64,000 nt of DNA from positions 768,001-832,000 of the forward strand of contig OY762069.1 of NCBI GenBank assembly GCA_963665095.1. Reading direction: 5' to 3'. Every line of letters begins with the position of its first letter. The first letter of the stretch is position 1. Shown piece by piece: positions 29,148 to 38,248 of the stretch. The stretch comes from an uncultured Desulfobacter sp. GTDB lineage: Bacteria; Desulfobacterota; Desulfobacteria; Desulfobacterales; Desulfobacteraceae. The position numbers were made by a program, and so were the translations under genes. Below the pieces are notes generated by a model. The model was not told the DNA's origin. It saw only the letters and a program-made list of their open reading frames with translations, and made no database searches.

Positions 29148-31664
29148 TTATCCAACCAGAACAAAAATCATAGTGAAAATCAAATAGGCTGCGGCTGTAA
29201 CAGCAATCCCTGAATCAGAGCCCATGGTGATAAAAAGCCAGCCAAAAAGGATGGGGCCTGTGACCTGTCCTAGACGAAGAACCGCGTTTAATACACCGAT
29301 GGCCTTGCCACCGCCCAGCTGCTTGGTGATATCGAAATCCAGCACATAGGCACTTCTGACAGGGATCAGGCAGGCAGACAGGCCTAATAGAAAAATGGAG
29401 ATTGTTACGGAAAGGACACCGGACATCTCTTTGAAAAAATAGAAATTGGCAATGCTCAGACTGCCGATGAAACTGCCGATGATCAGATAGCGCTTTTTAT
29501 CTTCAGTGCGGCCGATTAATTTGGACAGGAACGGAGCCAGATACATCAGACATATGCCGTAAATCATAAAAATCCGTCCGATATTGGACTGGGATGTCCC
29601 GATGCTTTTTAAGTAAATGGGACTGTAGTAGTTCATGAAACCAACCAGCACAATGTACCAGGGAAGTCCGTAAAAGACGATTAGGGTAAAAACTTTTCGG
29701 CTGAATAAAAATTTAAAAACAGAGGCCTTGGGAAGGGCATCTGTCTGACCTGCCTGTGCCGCCTGGTCGATTTTTTTATCAGATTCGGGCCGGGTCATGG
29801 CATCTTTCATCATGAGCAGGCTATACACAATGAGCAGCAACAGAATGCTCCCGCCTACCAGAAAAACCGGGGCATAGCCGATTCTGTCCGCCAGCATGGC
29901 ACCGGCAGCCCCGCCGCAGATGCTTCCTGCATATACCCCTGCCCACAACTGGGCCATTCCCTGGGCGCTGTTATTTGTTGTGGTATGGGCGATGACAAAA
30001 CCCTGGGCAGCCATCAGGGACAGACCGTAACCCATACCCACAAGCCCCAAGGCGAACAGGAAATAGATGGAAGAAGGGGCCAGCCAGGCAAAAAGGAATC
30101 CGGCTCCTGCTAAAGACAGTCCGATCAGAAAGGGTTCAGCCCAGCCACGTTTGTCACACCATGCCCCCGAGATCAAAAGAGATATGGAGGTAAACAGCAT
30201 CTGCATGGAGATGGGCAGGCCCATGATAATATTTTTGGATAGACCGAAAATGGGCTGGGCAGGATTGTATAAAGTTTCCATGTGCAGCGGCAGGAAAGAG
30301 ATGCAGATATCCACCCCAAAGAAGAACATAAATGCCACAGGCCGAATGGTGGCATAATGGATTCTTGCTTTTTTTATCTGGGGAGCTGCAGTGAGCTGGC
30401 GCTGAACCAGCTGAAGCTCAAGAATCAGGAGTTCCACAAAAAAGAAAATGGAGATCGCCAGAACCGTAAAAGAGTCCAGGGCAATTTCTTTGAGTTTGTT
30501 ATACAGGAACTCTTTTGAAATGTGGATGGTCAGGACGCCTTCCCTGATGCCGCTCTTAAATTTTCTGGTATTGATAAGATTCTGGTCGATGAAGTAGCCT
30601 GGATTCCGCTTAAGCGGTTGAATCTGATTTTCCTGTTTTTTGTTTTTTTCCGGGCTGGTCAGGTTTTCCATTCCATGTTGCGTGGCAATGTAAAGAGGCT
30701 TTTCATGATTGTCGGAGATGGTGATGCCTTCAAGTTCCGGAGATACGGCAATGACATCGGCCAGGGTTTGGTCCATTTTTACCAGACGGCGAATGCTTAT
30801 CCCCTTGGTTAAAAGGTACTCAATATCCTGTTTAAGCAGCTTTGACATCACCGCACTTTTTTCAGAGGAGATTTCCAGGTAATGGGTTCTGAATTCGATC
30901 AGGTTAAACAGACTGAAAATAATCTGGGACAGGGTGATGACACAAAACAGGGTTATGGACACCTTAAACCTGATTCGCTTAATTACTTTGTCTGACGTCT
31001 GATGGTCAAGGGTAACAGATTTGAGCAGCGCACCAATCTGCAGTATGCCGCAGATAATGATCAGGCCGATCAGTTTCAGGTTTTTTACCATGACATCACG
31101 CAAAAGGGCTTTCACTTGTGTCTGACTGAAAGCAACCGTGACCGTTGCCACCCATTTTTTTGTAAACCCGCCTTTGACAGGTAACGACAGATAATAAATC
31201 TCTTTATGTTTAACGGAATAGGTAGTGGACGCTTCGGTTTTGTCTTTGACGCCGGACAGGCGGACAGGCTCAGGAAGCTGTGTGCCAACAAGATCAGAGG
31301 CACTGCTGTACACAATAAAGCCATCGGGCCGGGTAATGGATATGACAATGTCCGACTCACTGCCTGACCGATTAGGGACTGGCTTGCCGGTGATGTCCCC
31401 GGGGTTTAAGTGCTGCCTGGCTTCCTGGATCAGCTTGTCCATGCCAATGAATTTATCAAGACTTTTTCCGAATCGTAGCGCAGTCTCCAGATTTCTTTGA
31501 AGATCTTTGGCCACAACGTTGTTTTTGGAAATAAAGGTCTCCACATACAGTTTTTCAAGGGTGGCTGAGGTTAAAAGGGCGTTAAATCCCAAAGCCAGCA
31601 GCAGCATGATAAGGGCACCGGAAAACAGGTGAATTCTTGATCTGGTTTTTTTTAGTTGGCTCAT
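29148..31664 (-). CDS. MFS transporter fused to an N-terminal region with two extracytoplasmic domains
   Basis: C-terminal ~400 aa form an MFS (GAWCDKRG, GAMLADRIG); N-terminal half is TM-soluble-TM-TM-soluble-TM; start overlaps the racemase stop. Confidence 0.82.
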   Translation of the reverse strand: MSQLKKTRSRIHLFSGALIMLLLALGFNALLTSATLEKLYVETFISKNNVVAKDLQRNLETALRFGKSLDKFIGMDKLIQEARQHLNPGDITGKPVPNRSGSESDIVISITRPDGFIVYSSASDLVGTQLPEPVRLSGVKDKTEASTTYSVKHKEIYYLSLPVKGGFTKKWVATVTVAFSQTQVKALLRDVMVKNLKLIGLIIICGILQIGALLKSVTLDHQTSDKVIKRIRFKVSITLFCVITLSQIIFSLFNLIEFRTHYLEISSEKSAVMSKLLKQDIEYLLTKGISIRRLVKMDQTLADVIAVSPELEGITISDNHEKPLYIATQHGMENLTSPEKNKKQENQIQPLKRNPGYFIDQNLINTRKFKSGIREGVLTIHISKEFLYNKLKEIALDSFTVLAISIFFFVELLILELQLVQRQLTAAPQIKKARIHYATIRPVAFMFFFGVDICISFLPLHMETLYNPAQPIFGLSKNIIMGLPISMQMLFTSISLLISGAWCDKRGWAEPFLIGLSLAGAGFLFAWLAPSSIYFLFALGLVGMGYGLSLMAAQGFVIAHTTTNNSAQGMAQLWAGVYAGSICGGAAGAMLADRIGYAPVFLVGGSILLLLIVYSLLMMKDAMTRPESDKKIDQAAQAGQTDALPKASVFKFLFSRKVFTLIVFYGLPWYIVLVGFMNYYSPIYLKSIGTSQSNIGRIFMIYGICLMYLAPFLSKLIGRTEDKKRYLIIGSFIGSLSIANFYFFKEMSGVLSVTISIFLLGLSACLIPVRSAYVLDFDITKQLGGGKAIGVLNAVLRLGQVTGPILFGWLFITMGSDSGIAVTAAAYLIFTMIFVLVG

Positions 31665-32752
31665 GAAGTCTGGGTCCTGTTGGTTTGTTCCTGGTAACGG
31701 ATCCGGGTAAAAGGAGATATAAAACTTTGGAAAAATGCCTGGTAATTCATGTTGAAATCAATAAAATCGCCGATTTTAAAGTCATTATCGCAATTTGTGA
31801 TGTCCACCAGGGTATAGTTTGAGTTGACAGAGACAATTTCCATGCCGGAGATTGTCGGGGTAAGTCCCAGGGGATAGGTATCGCAGATGCCAAAATTGAG
31901 AATGGCCCGCTTACGCAAACCCTGATGCGTAAAATCGGGCCGGATGCCCAGGGCATCATTCCCGCAGACCCTGGGCGGGGTTACATGCTTTTCCCGTATT
32001 TCAAGCACATCTGCCCTGAAAGTGACAACCTGGGTATCCAGGTCCGGATGCACTTGATTAATGGTCGGGATAGTGCCAAGGAAAACAGATTCTCCCAGCC
32101 GGATATTATTGATCCGGCCTGGAAGCTGCTTGTCCTGAAGCCATTTCAGCAAAACAGAACCGCCCACGGATATGGTTTTGACCTCTATGCCCAGTCTGGT
32201 TTCAATCCGTTCGGCAAGTTCGGCCATAAGGCATAGGTTCTGATCATCCGGGACAGTGCCGGCACAGCAGCCAAGGTTGGTACCTATACCGGCAAAATCA
32301 ATGACCCTGTGCCTGATCTGGTGAATTTTTTTTACCATGCTCAGAACCTGGTCAGGCATAACCCCCTCCCTAAGGTCTCCGGTGTCCACCATCAGCAGGA
32401 TTTGATGGGGGCAGTTCATAGAAATGGCAGTCTGGTTGATCTGTTCAATTACAGCCATTTCAGAATTGAAACTTAAGCTGAAGTTCTGAACCACGGCAGG
32501 CAGTTCGTGAATGGAAGGAAGGGCAATATAAATGGGCCGCTTGGGAAAGACAGCCTGTGTCCTGGGGCCGTCAGGCACCTTGGATATCCCTATATTGTCA
32601 AATCCTTGTTCCAGCATTTCCCTGATAATTTTGGGGTCACCAGCCGGGTCCTTGATGATACCGGTAACCCTTAACCCGTGTTCAGCGCAATGCCGGGATA
32701 AAAAACAAATGTTGTGCCGGAGTTTTTCCAGGTCAAGGATTAGTTGACTCAT
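31661..32752 (-). CDS. PLP-dependent alanine/ornithine racemase family protein (Orr/YhfX-like)
   Basis: TGIIK (PLP lysine), LMVDTGDLREG, GIGTNLGC and INNIRLGE motifs. Confidence 0.85.
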   Translation of the reverse strand: MSQLILDLEKLRHNICFLSRHCAEHGLRVTGIIKDPAGDPKIIREMLEQGFDNIGISKVPDGPRTQAVFPKRPIYIALPSIHELPAVVQNFSLSFNSEMAVIEQINQTAISMNCPHQILLMVDTGDLREGVMPDQVLSMVKKIHQIRHRVIDFAGIGTNLGCCAGTVPDDQNLCLMAELAERIETRLGIEVKTISVGGSVLLKWLQDKQLPGRINNIRLGESVFLGTIPTINQVHPDLDTQVVTFRADVLEIREKHVTPPRVCGNDALGIRPDFTHQGLRKRAILNFGICDTYPLGLTPTISGMEIVSVNSNYTLVDITNCDNDFKIGDFIDFNMNYQAFFQSFISPFTRIRYQEQTNRTQTS

Positions 32753-32764
32753 AACAGCATAAGG

Positions 32765-33240
32765 TTATTTATGAAATTTTATCATCAGCATGGCAATATC
32801 GTCCGACGGAGGGGGCTGTCCCAGCATGTTTCCTGATACTGTCCAGAAGCGTGTGAAGTAATTTTTCCGGTTCAAGTTTCCTGTCCATGGAAACCTGCTC
32901 AATCTGGCGTTCATTTGAAACCTGTTCCCCGTCTTTATATTCATGGCCTTGTTTACACCGTCCGTATATAACATAAATTCTTTATGGTTGCACAGAGTCA
33001 ATGTGCGGTCTGAATATTTAAAATGCCGATCACAAGCGCGACACACATGGATCGGGGCTATCTGAACTCAATCCATTATTGATACGGGTCATCATTTTGC
33101 CCGGAGAAGCATTCCGGCCGCCGTAATGTTGATCAGATCCTGAATATTTCTGGAAAGCTCGTGGCGCATGAGAAAGAATAATGCTGCCAGATTGCCCATG
33201 TTGTCTCTAAATTTTTTAGGCAGGTGGCTCACCAAAGCCG
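32765..33240 (-). pseudogene. Decayed remnant of a HAMP-PP2C (SpoIIE) phosphatase, paralogue of 58050-60080
   Basis: Fragments KFRDNMGNLAALFFLMRHELSRNIQDL, ASPGKMMTRINNGLSSD, YSDRTLTL..LYTDGVNKAMN and SDDIAMLMIKFH align colinearly with the intact gene, with large deletions and frameshifts. Confidence 0.85.
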
Positions 33241-33361
33241 TCTCAAGGCAGGTCAGGGCATTTAAAGGCCCTGGTTTTCAAGATTTTTCCGGGGAAATCC
33301 ATGAAAAATCGATTCACTGCAGAAAACATATAAAATGTCTCTTGTGTTGGATGGAAAATTA

Positions 33362-33811
33362 TCAGGCGAGCCAGAGCTGAATATTATTTTTATTATCTTT
33401 TCTTTTGTATTCGATTTTTTTTACAAACTTTTTTACCAGGAAAATGCCTAATCCGCCGGCTTGACGTTCATCAATATCCATGAAAATATCCGGATCTTTT
33501 TTTGCGAGGGGATTAAATTCGATGCCATTATCAGATATCTGTATAAAAAGCGTGTCATTCAAAACGCCGGCACTGACATCAATAATGCCGGTATCCAAAT
33601 CCTTGATGCCATAATTTATGGTATTTAAAACCAGTTCTTCAATAATGAGGTCAATGGCAAAGCTTTTCTTTTCGTGCAACGCTTCTGGGGGAAGTGTTGA
33701 CTTGACGAATTCTTGAATTTGATAAATGGATTCAATTTCAGGTTTAAATGTGTTTGTTTCCATTGAGCCGGCCTGTAGTTTATTGGTATTCATATTTAAG
33801 ATTTGATGCAT
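33362..33811 (-). CDS. RsbW/SpoIIAB-like anti-sigma factor Ser kinase (HATPase_c)
   Basis: IEELVLNTINYG, ISDNGIEFNP and GGLGIFLV boxes. Confidence 0.88.
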   Translation of the reverse strand: MHQILNMNTNKLQAGSMETNTFKPEIESIYQIQEFVKSTLPPEALHEKKSFAIDLIIEELVLNTINYGIKDLDTGIIDVSAGVLNDTLFIQISDNGIEFNPLAKKDPDIFMDIDERQAGGLGIFLVKKFVKKIEYKRKDNKNNIQLWLA

Positions 33812-33861
33812 TTAACCGCCTGGGATGCTCTAAGATATTGACCTTATAGTTCAGGAGGCGT

Positions 33862-34206
33862 TCAAACTTCTGTAATTTTTTGTTTTGCAGCCTCAATGCT
33901 ATCACAAATCGTCATGAATGCATGGAATCCTGCCATTTCTATTATTTCATAAACATTTTTATTGGCGTTGCATATGCATAAGTTGCCTGAACCGTGTACT
34001 TTTTTGGTTATTACTACCAGAATTCTAAGACCTGCACTGCTGATATAGTTAGTATTCTCAAGGTCGAGAATAATATTGGCCTCCCCTTGATCAATCATTC
34101 CTGAGAGCGTGGTTTCAAGTTTTCCTGATGTTGTTGCGTTAATTTTCCCACTTACGTGGACAATGGAAAAGTTGTCCTCTTTATCTGTCTGGATAGCAAT
34201 ATCCAT
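33862..34206 (-). CDS. STAS anti-anti-sigma factor
   Basis: GKINA and DLENTNYISSAGLR (phospho-Ser motif). Confidence 0.9.
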   Translation of the reverse strand: MDIAIQTDKEDNFSIVHVSGKINATTSGKLETTLSGMIDQGEANIILDLENTNYISSAGLRILVVITKKVHGSGNLCICNANKNVYEIIEMAGFHAFMTICDSIEAAKQKITEV

Positions 34207-34535
34207 TGGAAAAAGCTCCTCATGGTTTTTGGATAGGGCAGGAATTTTTTTAAATATTAACTTACCTTTTTTTAAACTGAAAGTTCAAGTGCAATTTTGA
34301 ACTGCCAAATCAAAACAGAAGGAAATTTGTATCAGTTTGTATGAAAGTCCCGGTAAATTGTGTTATAACCTTCACAACAGCTTGGTTGTGTACTCAGTTT
34401 TTTATTTATTGTGCGCTTGAAATAAGGTGCTGGGCACAGGCGTCTGGAGAATGACCTATAGACCAGGAGATAGGGCGCCGTGAAAAGTTGTAAAACAGCT
34501 CAAATACGAAACGGATCTCACAGGAGCATGAAATA

Positions 34536-34868
34536 ATGGAAATTACTATCAATGATCAACCACAGGCGCTTATTGTCTCTGCCACCGGAAATATTGATGC
34601 ATCGACTGCACCCCAGCTGGAAAAGGCAATTCGTGATTTTGTAACAAAGCCTGAAAAACCCCTGGTGTTAAATCTGGATAAACTGGATTATGTGAGCAGT
34701 GCCGGGTTAAGGGTCGTCCTGTTATCGGCAAAACAGCTTAAGGCAAAAGGCCAGGAACTGATTCTTTCCGGGTTGCACGGCGGAGTCAAGGATGTCTTTG
34801 AACTTTCCGGGTTTTATTCTATTTTTAAAATATTTGAATCCCCTGAAGATGCCCTGGCAGCGCTTTAA
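34536..34868 (+). CDS. STAS anti-anti-sigma factor
   Basis: GNIDASTA, LDYVSSAGLRV and VFELSGF motifs. Confidence 0.92.
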   Translation: MEITINDQPQALIVSATGNIDASTAPQLEKAIRDFVTKPEKPLVLNLDKLDYVSSAGLRVVLLSAKQLKAKGQELILSGLHGGVKDVFELSGFYSIFKIFESPEDALAAL

Positions 34869-35100
34869 TCCTGAACAGTGTCCATCCGTTAAAGAGAAAA
34901 AAGCCTGCTGAAACGGGCATGGTTTGGCAGGCTACTCCTTAGAAGGAGATTGTTTCCAAAATACACCCGGGCTGTTTTATTTCAAAGATCTTGTCTTTGT
35001 GTTGGCCGGGTGCTATTAGAGCATAGGTGGGGAACCTTGTTTTTCAGCCATTCTTAACTTTCTAATACCCAAGCGGGAAAATGCCAAAACGGGAGCAGCA

Positions 35101-35481
35101 ATGAGCGGTAATGCAGTCAGGCGTCATGACCCAAACGATGGCCCGGTTCAGATTCGTCACATTGATCTTGAATCAGGCGGCAGGGTCAGTGTGGTTTCAA
35201 AAAAGGACGGGGAACGTGTTCAGATCTCAGCGGGTGACGATCGGCTTTTTATGGAGATCAGGTTTACCCCGGAAGGACCGGTTGTCTCTTTAGATGGTGC
35301 CTGTCTCGAGTTGTCTGCAACCCGTGAGATATCCCTGGATGCGGAAAAGGTAAATATTCGGTCTAAAAAGAACACCGAAATTAGCAGCCACGGGACTTTA
35401 AAGATTGATATACAAGAGGATGTGGATCTTCAATCTGATCAGGAGATCCGTTTACAGGGCAAAATGATCCATTTAAATTAA
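35101..35481 (+). CDS. Small gp5-C/VgrG-needle-like beta-strand repeat protein
   Basis: C-terminal short beta-strand repeats ending IRLQGKMIHLN, like VgrG termini; directly upstream of PAAR. Confidence 0.6.
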   Translation: MSGNAVRRHDPNDGPVQIRHIDLESGGRVSVVSKKDGERVQISAGDDRLFMEIRFTPEGPVVSLDGACLELSATREISLDAEKVNIRSKKNTEISSHGTLKIDIQEDVDLQSDQEIRLQGKMIHLN

Positions 35482-35491
35482 AGGGACTGAT

Positions 35492-35875
35492 ATGCCGCCA
35501 GCTGCACGTGTGTCAGATTTAGTATTACAGGATAATCCCCATTGCCATGCCCCCATTCATCCACCGGCTCCGGTCCCGGCCACAGTACCTCATCCCGCAG
35601 TGCCGCTGGCTATTGTCAAAGGAGCCACCACGGTCTTTATCGGTGGATTACCGGCAGCCACGGCTACCAGTACAACAGCCCCGTGTACCCCGGCCGGATG
35701 TACACCTGCAGGCCCCGGTGTTGTGGCCAAGGGTTCTGCCACCGTTTTTGTGCAGAATCTGCCTGCTGCACGGGTTAATGATACCACAGCCCATGCCTCC
35801 TGTGTGGCACCGGTTCCGGGGGCGACCGGGAAGATTCTCCCTCCGGGATGTTTAACTGTGATGATCGGAGGATAA
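35492..35875 (+). CDS. PAAR domain spike-tip protein
   Basis: PAARVSD, PAATATS and PAARVND motifs; GSATVFV; C-terminal TVMIGG. Confidence 0.92.
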   Translation: MPPAARVSDLVLQDNPHCHAPIHPPAPVPATVPHPAVPLAIVKGATTVFIGGLPAATATSTTAPCTPAGCTPAGPGVVAKGSATVFVQNLPAARVNDTTAHASCVAPVPGATGKILPPGCLTVMIGG

Positions 35876-35900
35876 TGCCATCAATCCAGTCCATTTTGAC

Positions 35901-37010
35901 ATGCTTAAGCCGGTCTGCCCCCTGTGCCGGAAAGATGGACGGGGTGAAAACAGGCTTGAGATTTATCAGGTTTTAAAGCAAGATGACGGGGATATAGACC
36001 AGGGGATTCTGACCTGCACCCACCCTCAGTGCCGGTGCGAATACCCGATTATTGATGGTGTCCCGGTCATTGTGGCTGATATAAGGCACTATGTCACCCA
36101 CAGTGCCTATCCCATTATCAGACGAAACGATCTATCGGAGTCTCTGGAATCTCTTATAGGCGACTGCATGGGACCGGGGTCGGTGAATGACCTGATGCGT
36201 CAGCATTTAAGTTCCTACGGGTATGATCATTATGAAGGTATGGATTCCGGTGCCTCAGTCACTGATGACCGGGCCAAAAGAGATGGGCCGGCTGACGGTG
36301 TGCCTGGGCCGGGGGCCTGCGCAGGACTGATGCTCAGAAATCTGGAAGGGATGAACGCAGCCTCCTCGGGCCCGATAATTGACCTTGGATGTTCAGTGGG
36401 GCGGACTACTTTTGAGGTGGCACGATATTTTAAAGAGCTTACCCTTGGTATTGATTTGAATTTTAATATGATCAAAGCTGCGGCCAGTGTCTTGAAAACA
36501 GGCTTTTTTAGCTACCCTAAACGAAAAACCGGCATGGTATATGAACAAAGGTGCATCAAGACCCCGTTCAAAGCAGAGAAAAACGTTGATTTCTGGGCCT
36601 GCGATGTGTTGAATCTGCCGTTTTCCCGGAATCAATTCGGTTTCGCCGTCAGCATGAACCTGCTGGATTGTGTGTCAGAGCCGTTTTCTTATCTTCAGGA
36701 GGTGGAACGTATACTAAAGCCGGGTGGTCAGGGCCTGATGTCAACGCCCTATGACTGGAATACAAATGCCGTGCCTGTGGAAAACTGGCTGGGTGGGCAC
36801 TCACAAAGAGCTGAGTCAGGGGGGCGCAGCGAAGTGATGATCCGCTCCCTTTTTGCCGGTGGCAGTCATTCCCATGCATTAAAACAGCTTGGCCTGGTAT
36901 ATGAAAAAGAAAATCAGCCGTGGCCGGTAAGGGTTCATGAACGCAGTACCATGCAGTATCTGGTTCATGTGATGGGCATTGAGAAACACAATAAGGGGAC
37001 AGGGGAATGA
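35901..37010 (+). CDS. Class I SAM methyltransferase with N-terminal Trm112-like Zn ribbon
   Basis: CPLC..C..C-YPIIDGVP at the N-terminus; DLGCSVGR, NLLDCV, LKPGG and TPYDW..WLGG motifs. Confidence 0.85.
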   Translation: MLKPVCPLCRKDGRGENRLEIYQVLKQDDGDIDQGILTCTHPQCRCEYPIIDGVPVIVADIRHYVTHSAYPIIRRNDLSESLESLIGDCMGPGSVNDLMRQHLSSYGYDHYEGMDSGASVTDDRAKRDGPADGVPGPGACAGLMLRNLEGMNAASSGPIIDLGCSVGRTTFEVARYFKELTLGIDLNFNMIKAAASVLKTGFFSYPKRKTGMVYEQRCIKTPFKAEKNVDFWACDVLNLPFSRNQFGFAVSMNLLDCVSEPFSYLQEVERILKPGGQGLMSTPYDWNTNAVPVENWLGGHSQRAESGGRSEVMIRSLFAGGSHSHALKQLGLVYEKENQPWPVRVHERSTMQYLVHVMGIEKHNKGTGE

Positions 37011-37345
37011 CAGACAAAATAGACAAGTTGTTTTCACCGGAACGGCTTCGGGGGAAATGGTCAATGGATACAAGGGCGTCTAAAAACCCTGTTGCGTTTG
37101 ATTTACCCCGGGTGTCTGAAAAATACAGCGCCATTTTCCTGGAACTGCGGGATGTAATATTTCATAAATTTTCAGACGATATCCGCCTGCTTCTGGATAA
37201 TATGATGGAGGAACTGGAGAACAGTCTGGCTTCGCGCTTTCCTGCCACAGGTGTGCAATCACTTTCCCAGGAGGAAATTGCCGCACTTAATATTGCCATT
37301 GATCAGATTCTCACTCAAATGGAAGATTTGACGGAACATGCTTAA
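37007..37345 (+). CDS. Hypothetical small acidic helical protein
   Basis: ATGA overlap with the methyltransferase stop; 112 aa. Confidence 0.65.
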   Translation: MTDKIDKLFSPERLRGKWSMDTRASKNPVAFDLPRVSEKYSAIFLELRDVIFHKFSDDIRLLLDNMMEELENSLASRFPATGVQSLSQEEIAALNIAIDQILTQMEDLTEHA

Positions 37346-37348
37346 GTC

Positions 37349-38248
37349 ATGGATGAATTTAAAATGGCACCACAAGTAGAATCATCTGCCGGCACCCTTA
37401 GAATTCAAAAGAAAATATCAGGACGAATACATGATTTTGATTTGATCTCCTTGGTACGGGTGTTGTGCCATATCGGTTATGCCATGGAGGAGATCATATT
37501 TGAAAGTGACAACAGTCTGTGCTCCCAGGCAGGCTTGATTCAGCAGGTCCGATTTTTAAAGGACCCTACAAAACAGGTAATTATCAGCCTTAATATGGGC
37601 CTTTTAAGCGCACAATCCCCGCTGCCCAGCTATTTCCAGAAAAATATCGATAAAAGCCTGATGGATGTGACGGCATTTTACGAATTCATTGGTTACTTTG
37701 ACCATATACTGATGTTTCAGTTTTTAAAATCTGTTTATCCTGAATTGAATCTGAATCCCGCCTTTGATTTACAGTCCCTTAAAGAAACGACCCTTGGCAT
37801 GCTGGATATAAAGTGCCTGACAACTTTGGACTGGCTTTTCAGGCTGGTTTTTCCGGAGCTTGAGGTCCGTGTTGAAAAGGGGTTGGTTCTAAGGCAGGTG
37901 ACCATGGTGCCGTTGATTCTGGGTAAGGCTGTTTTAGGAGAAAACAGTGTGTTTGGGGACCAGACGAAAATAATGGTATCAGGCCGAAATGTTACGTTAT
38001 TTTCCATGGACGAATTGAGTGATTTGGGAAAGCCTTGGCCCAAAGAAATTAAAGAACGTCTTAAGTCGCATATTTTTCCAATTTTGAGGAACATGGGCGT
38101 AGATCTTCAGGTATCGTTAGTTATAGAATCCCAGAAGCAGTGGGCCCGACTCCATACTGATACGTATCTTGGGTATGATAAAATTACCGGCGGCACCGAG
38201 CAATACAAGCGGATTCGGATATTTAAGGGACATCTTTCCCCGAATTGA
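37349..38248 (+). CDS. T6SS baseplate TssG/IglJ-like protein
   Basis: LNMGLLSAQSPLPSYF..FIGYFDH resembles the TssG GL.G..GPLP..Y..F...F.H block; LGKAVLG motif; cluster context. Confidence 0.7.
   Translation: MDEFKMAPQVESSAGTLRIQKKISGRIHDFDLISLVRVLCHIGYAMEEIIFESDNSLCSQAGLIQQVRFLKDPTKQVIISLNMGLLSAQSPLPSYFQKNIDKSLMDVTAFYEFIGYFDHILMFQFLKSVYPELNLNPAFDLQSLKETTLGMLDIKCLTTLDWLFRLVFPELEVRVEKGLVLRQVTMVPLILGKAVLGENSVFGDQTKIMVSGRNVTLFSMDELSDLGKPWPKEIKERLKSHIFPILRNMGVDLQVSLVIESQKQWARLHTDTYLGYDKITGGTEQYKRIRIFKGHLSPN

Noticed and set aside
32765..33046. 93-aa ORF as an intact gene
   Set aside because: It is a frameshifted fragment of the PP2C pseudogene
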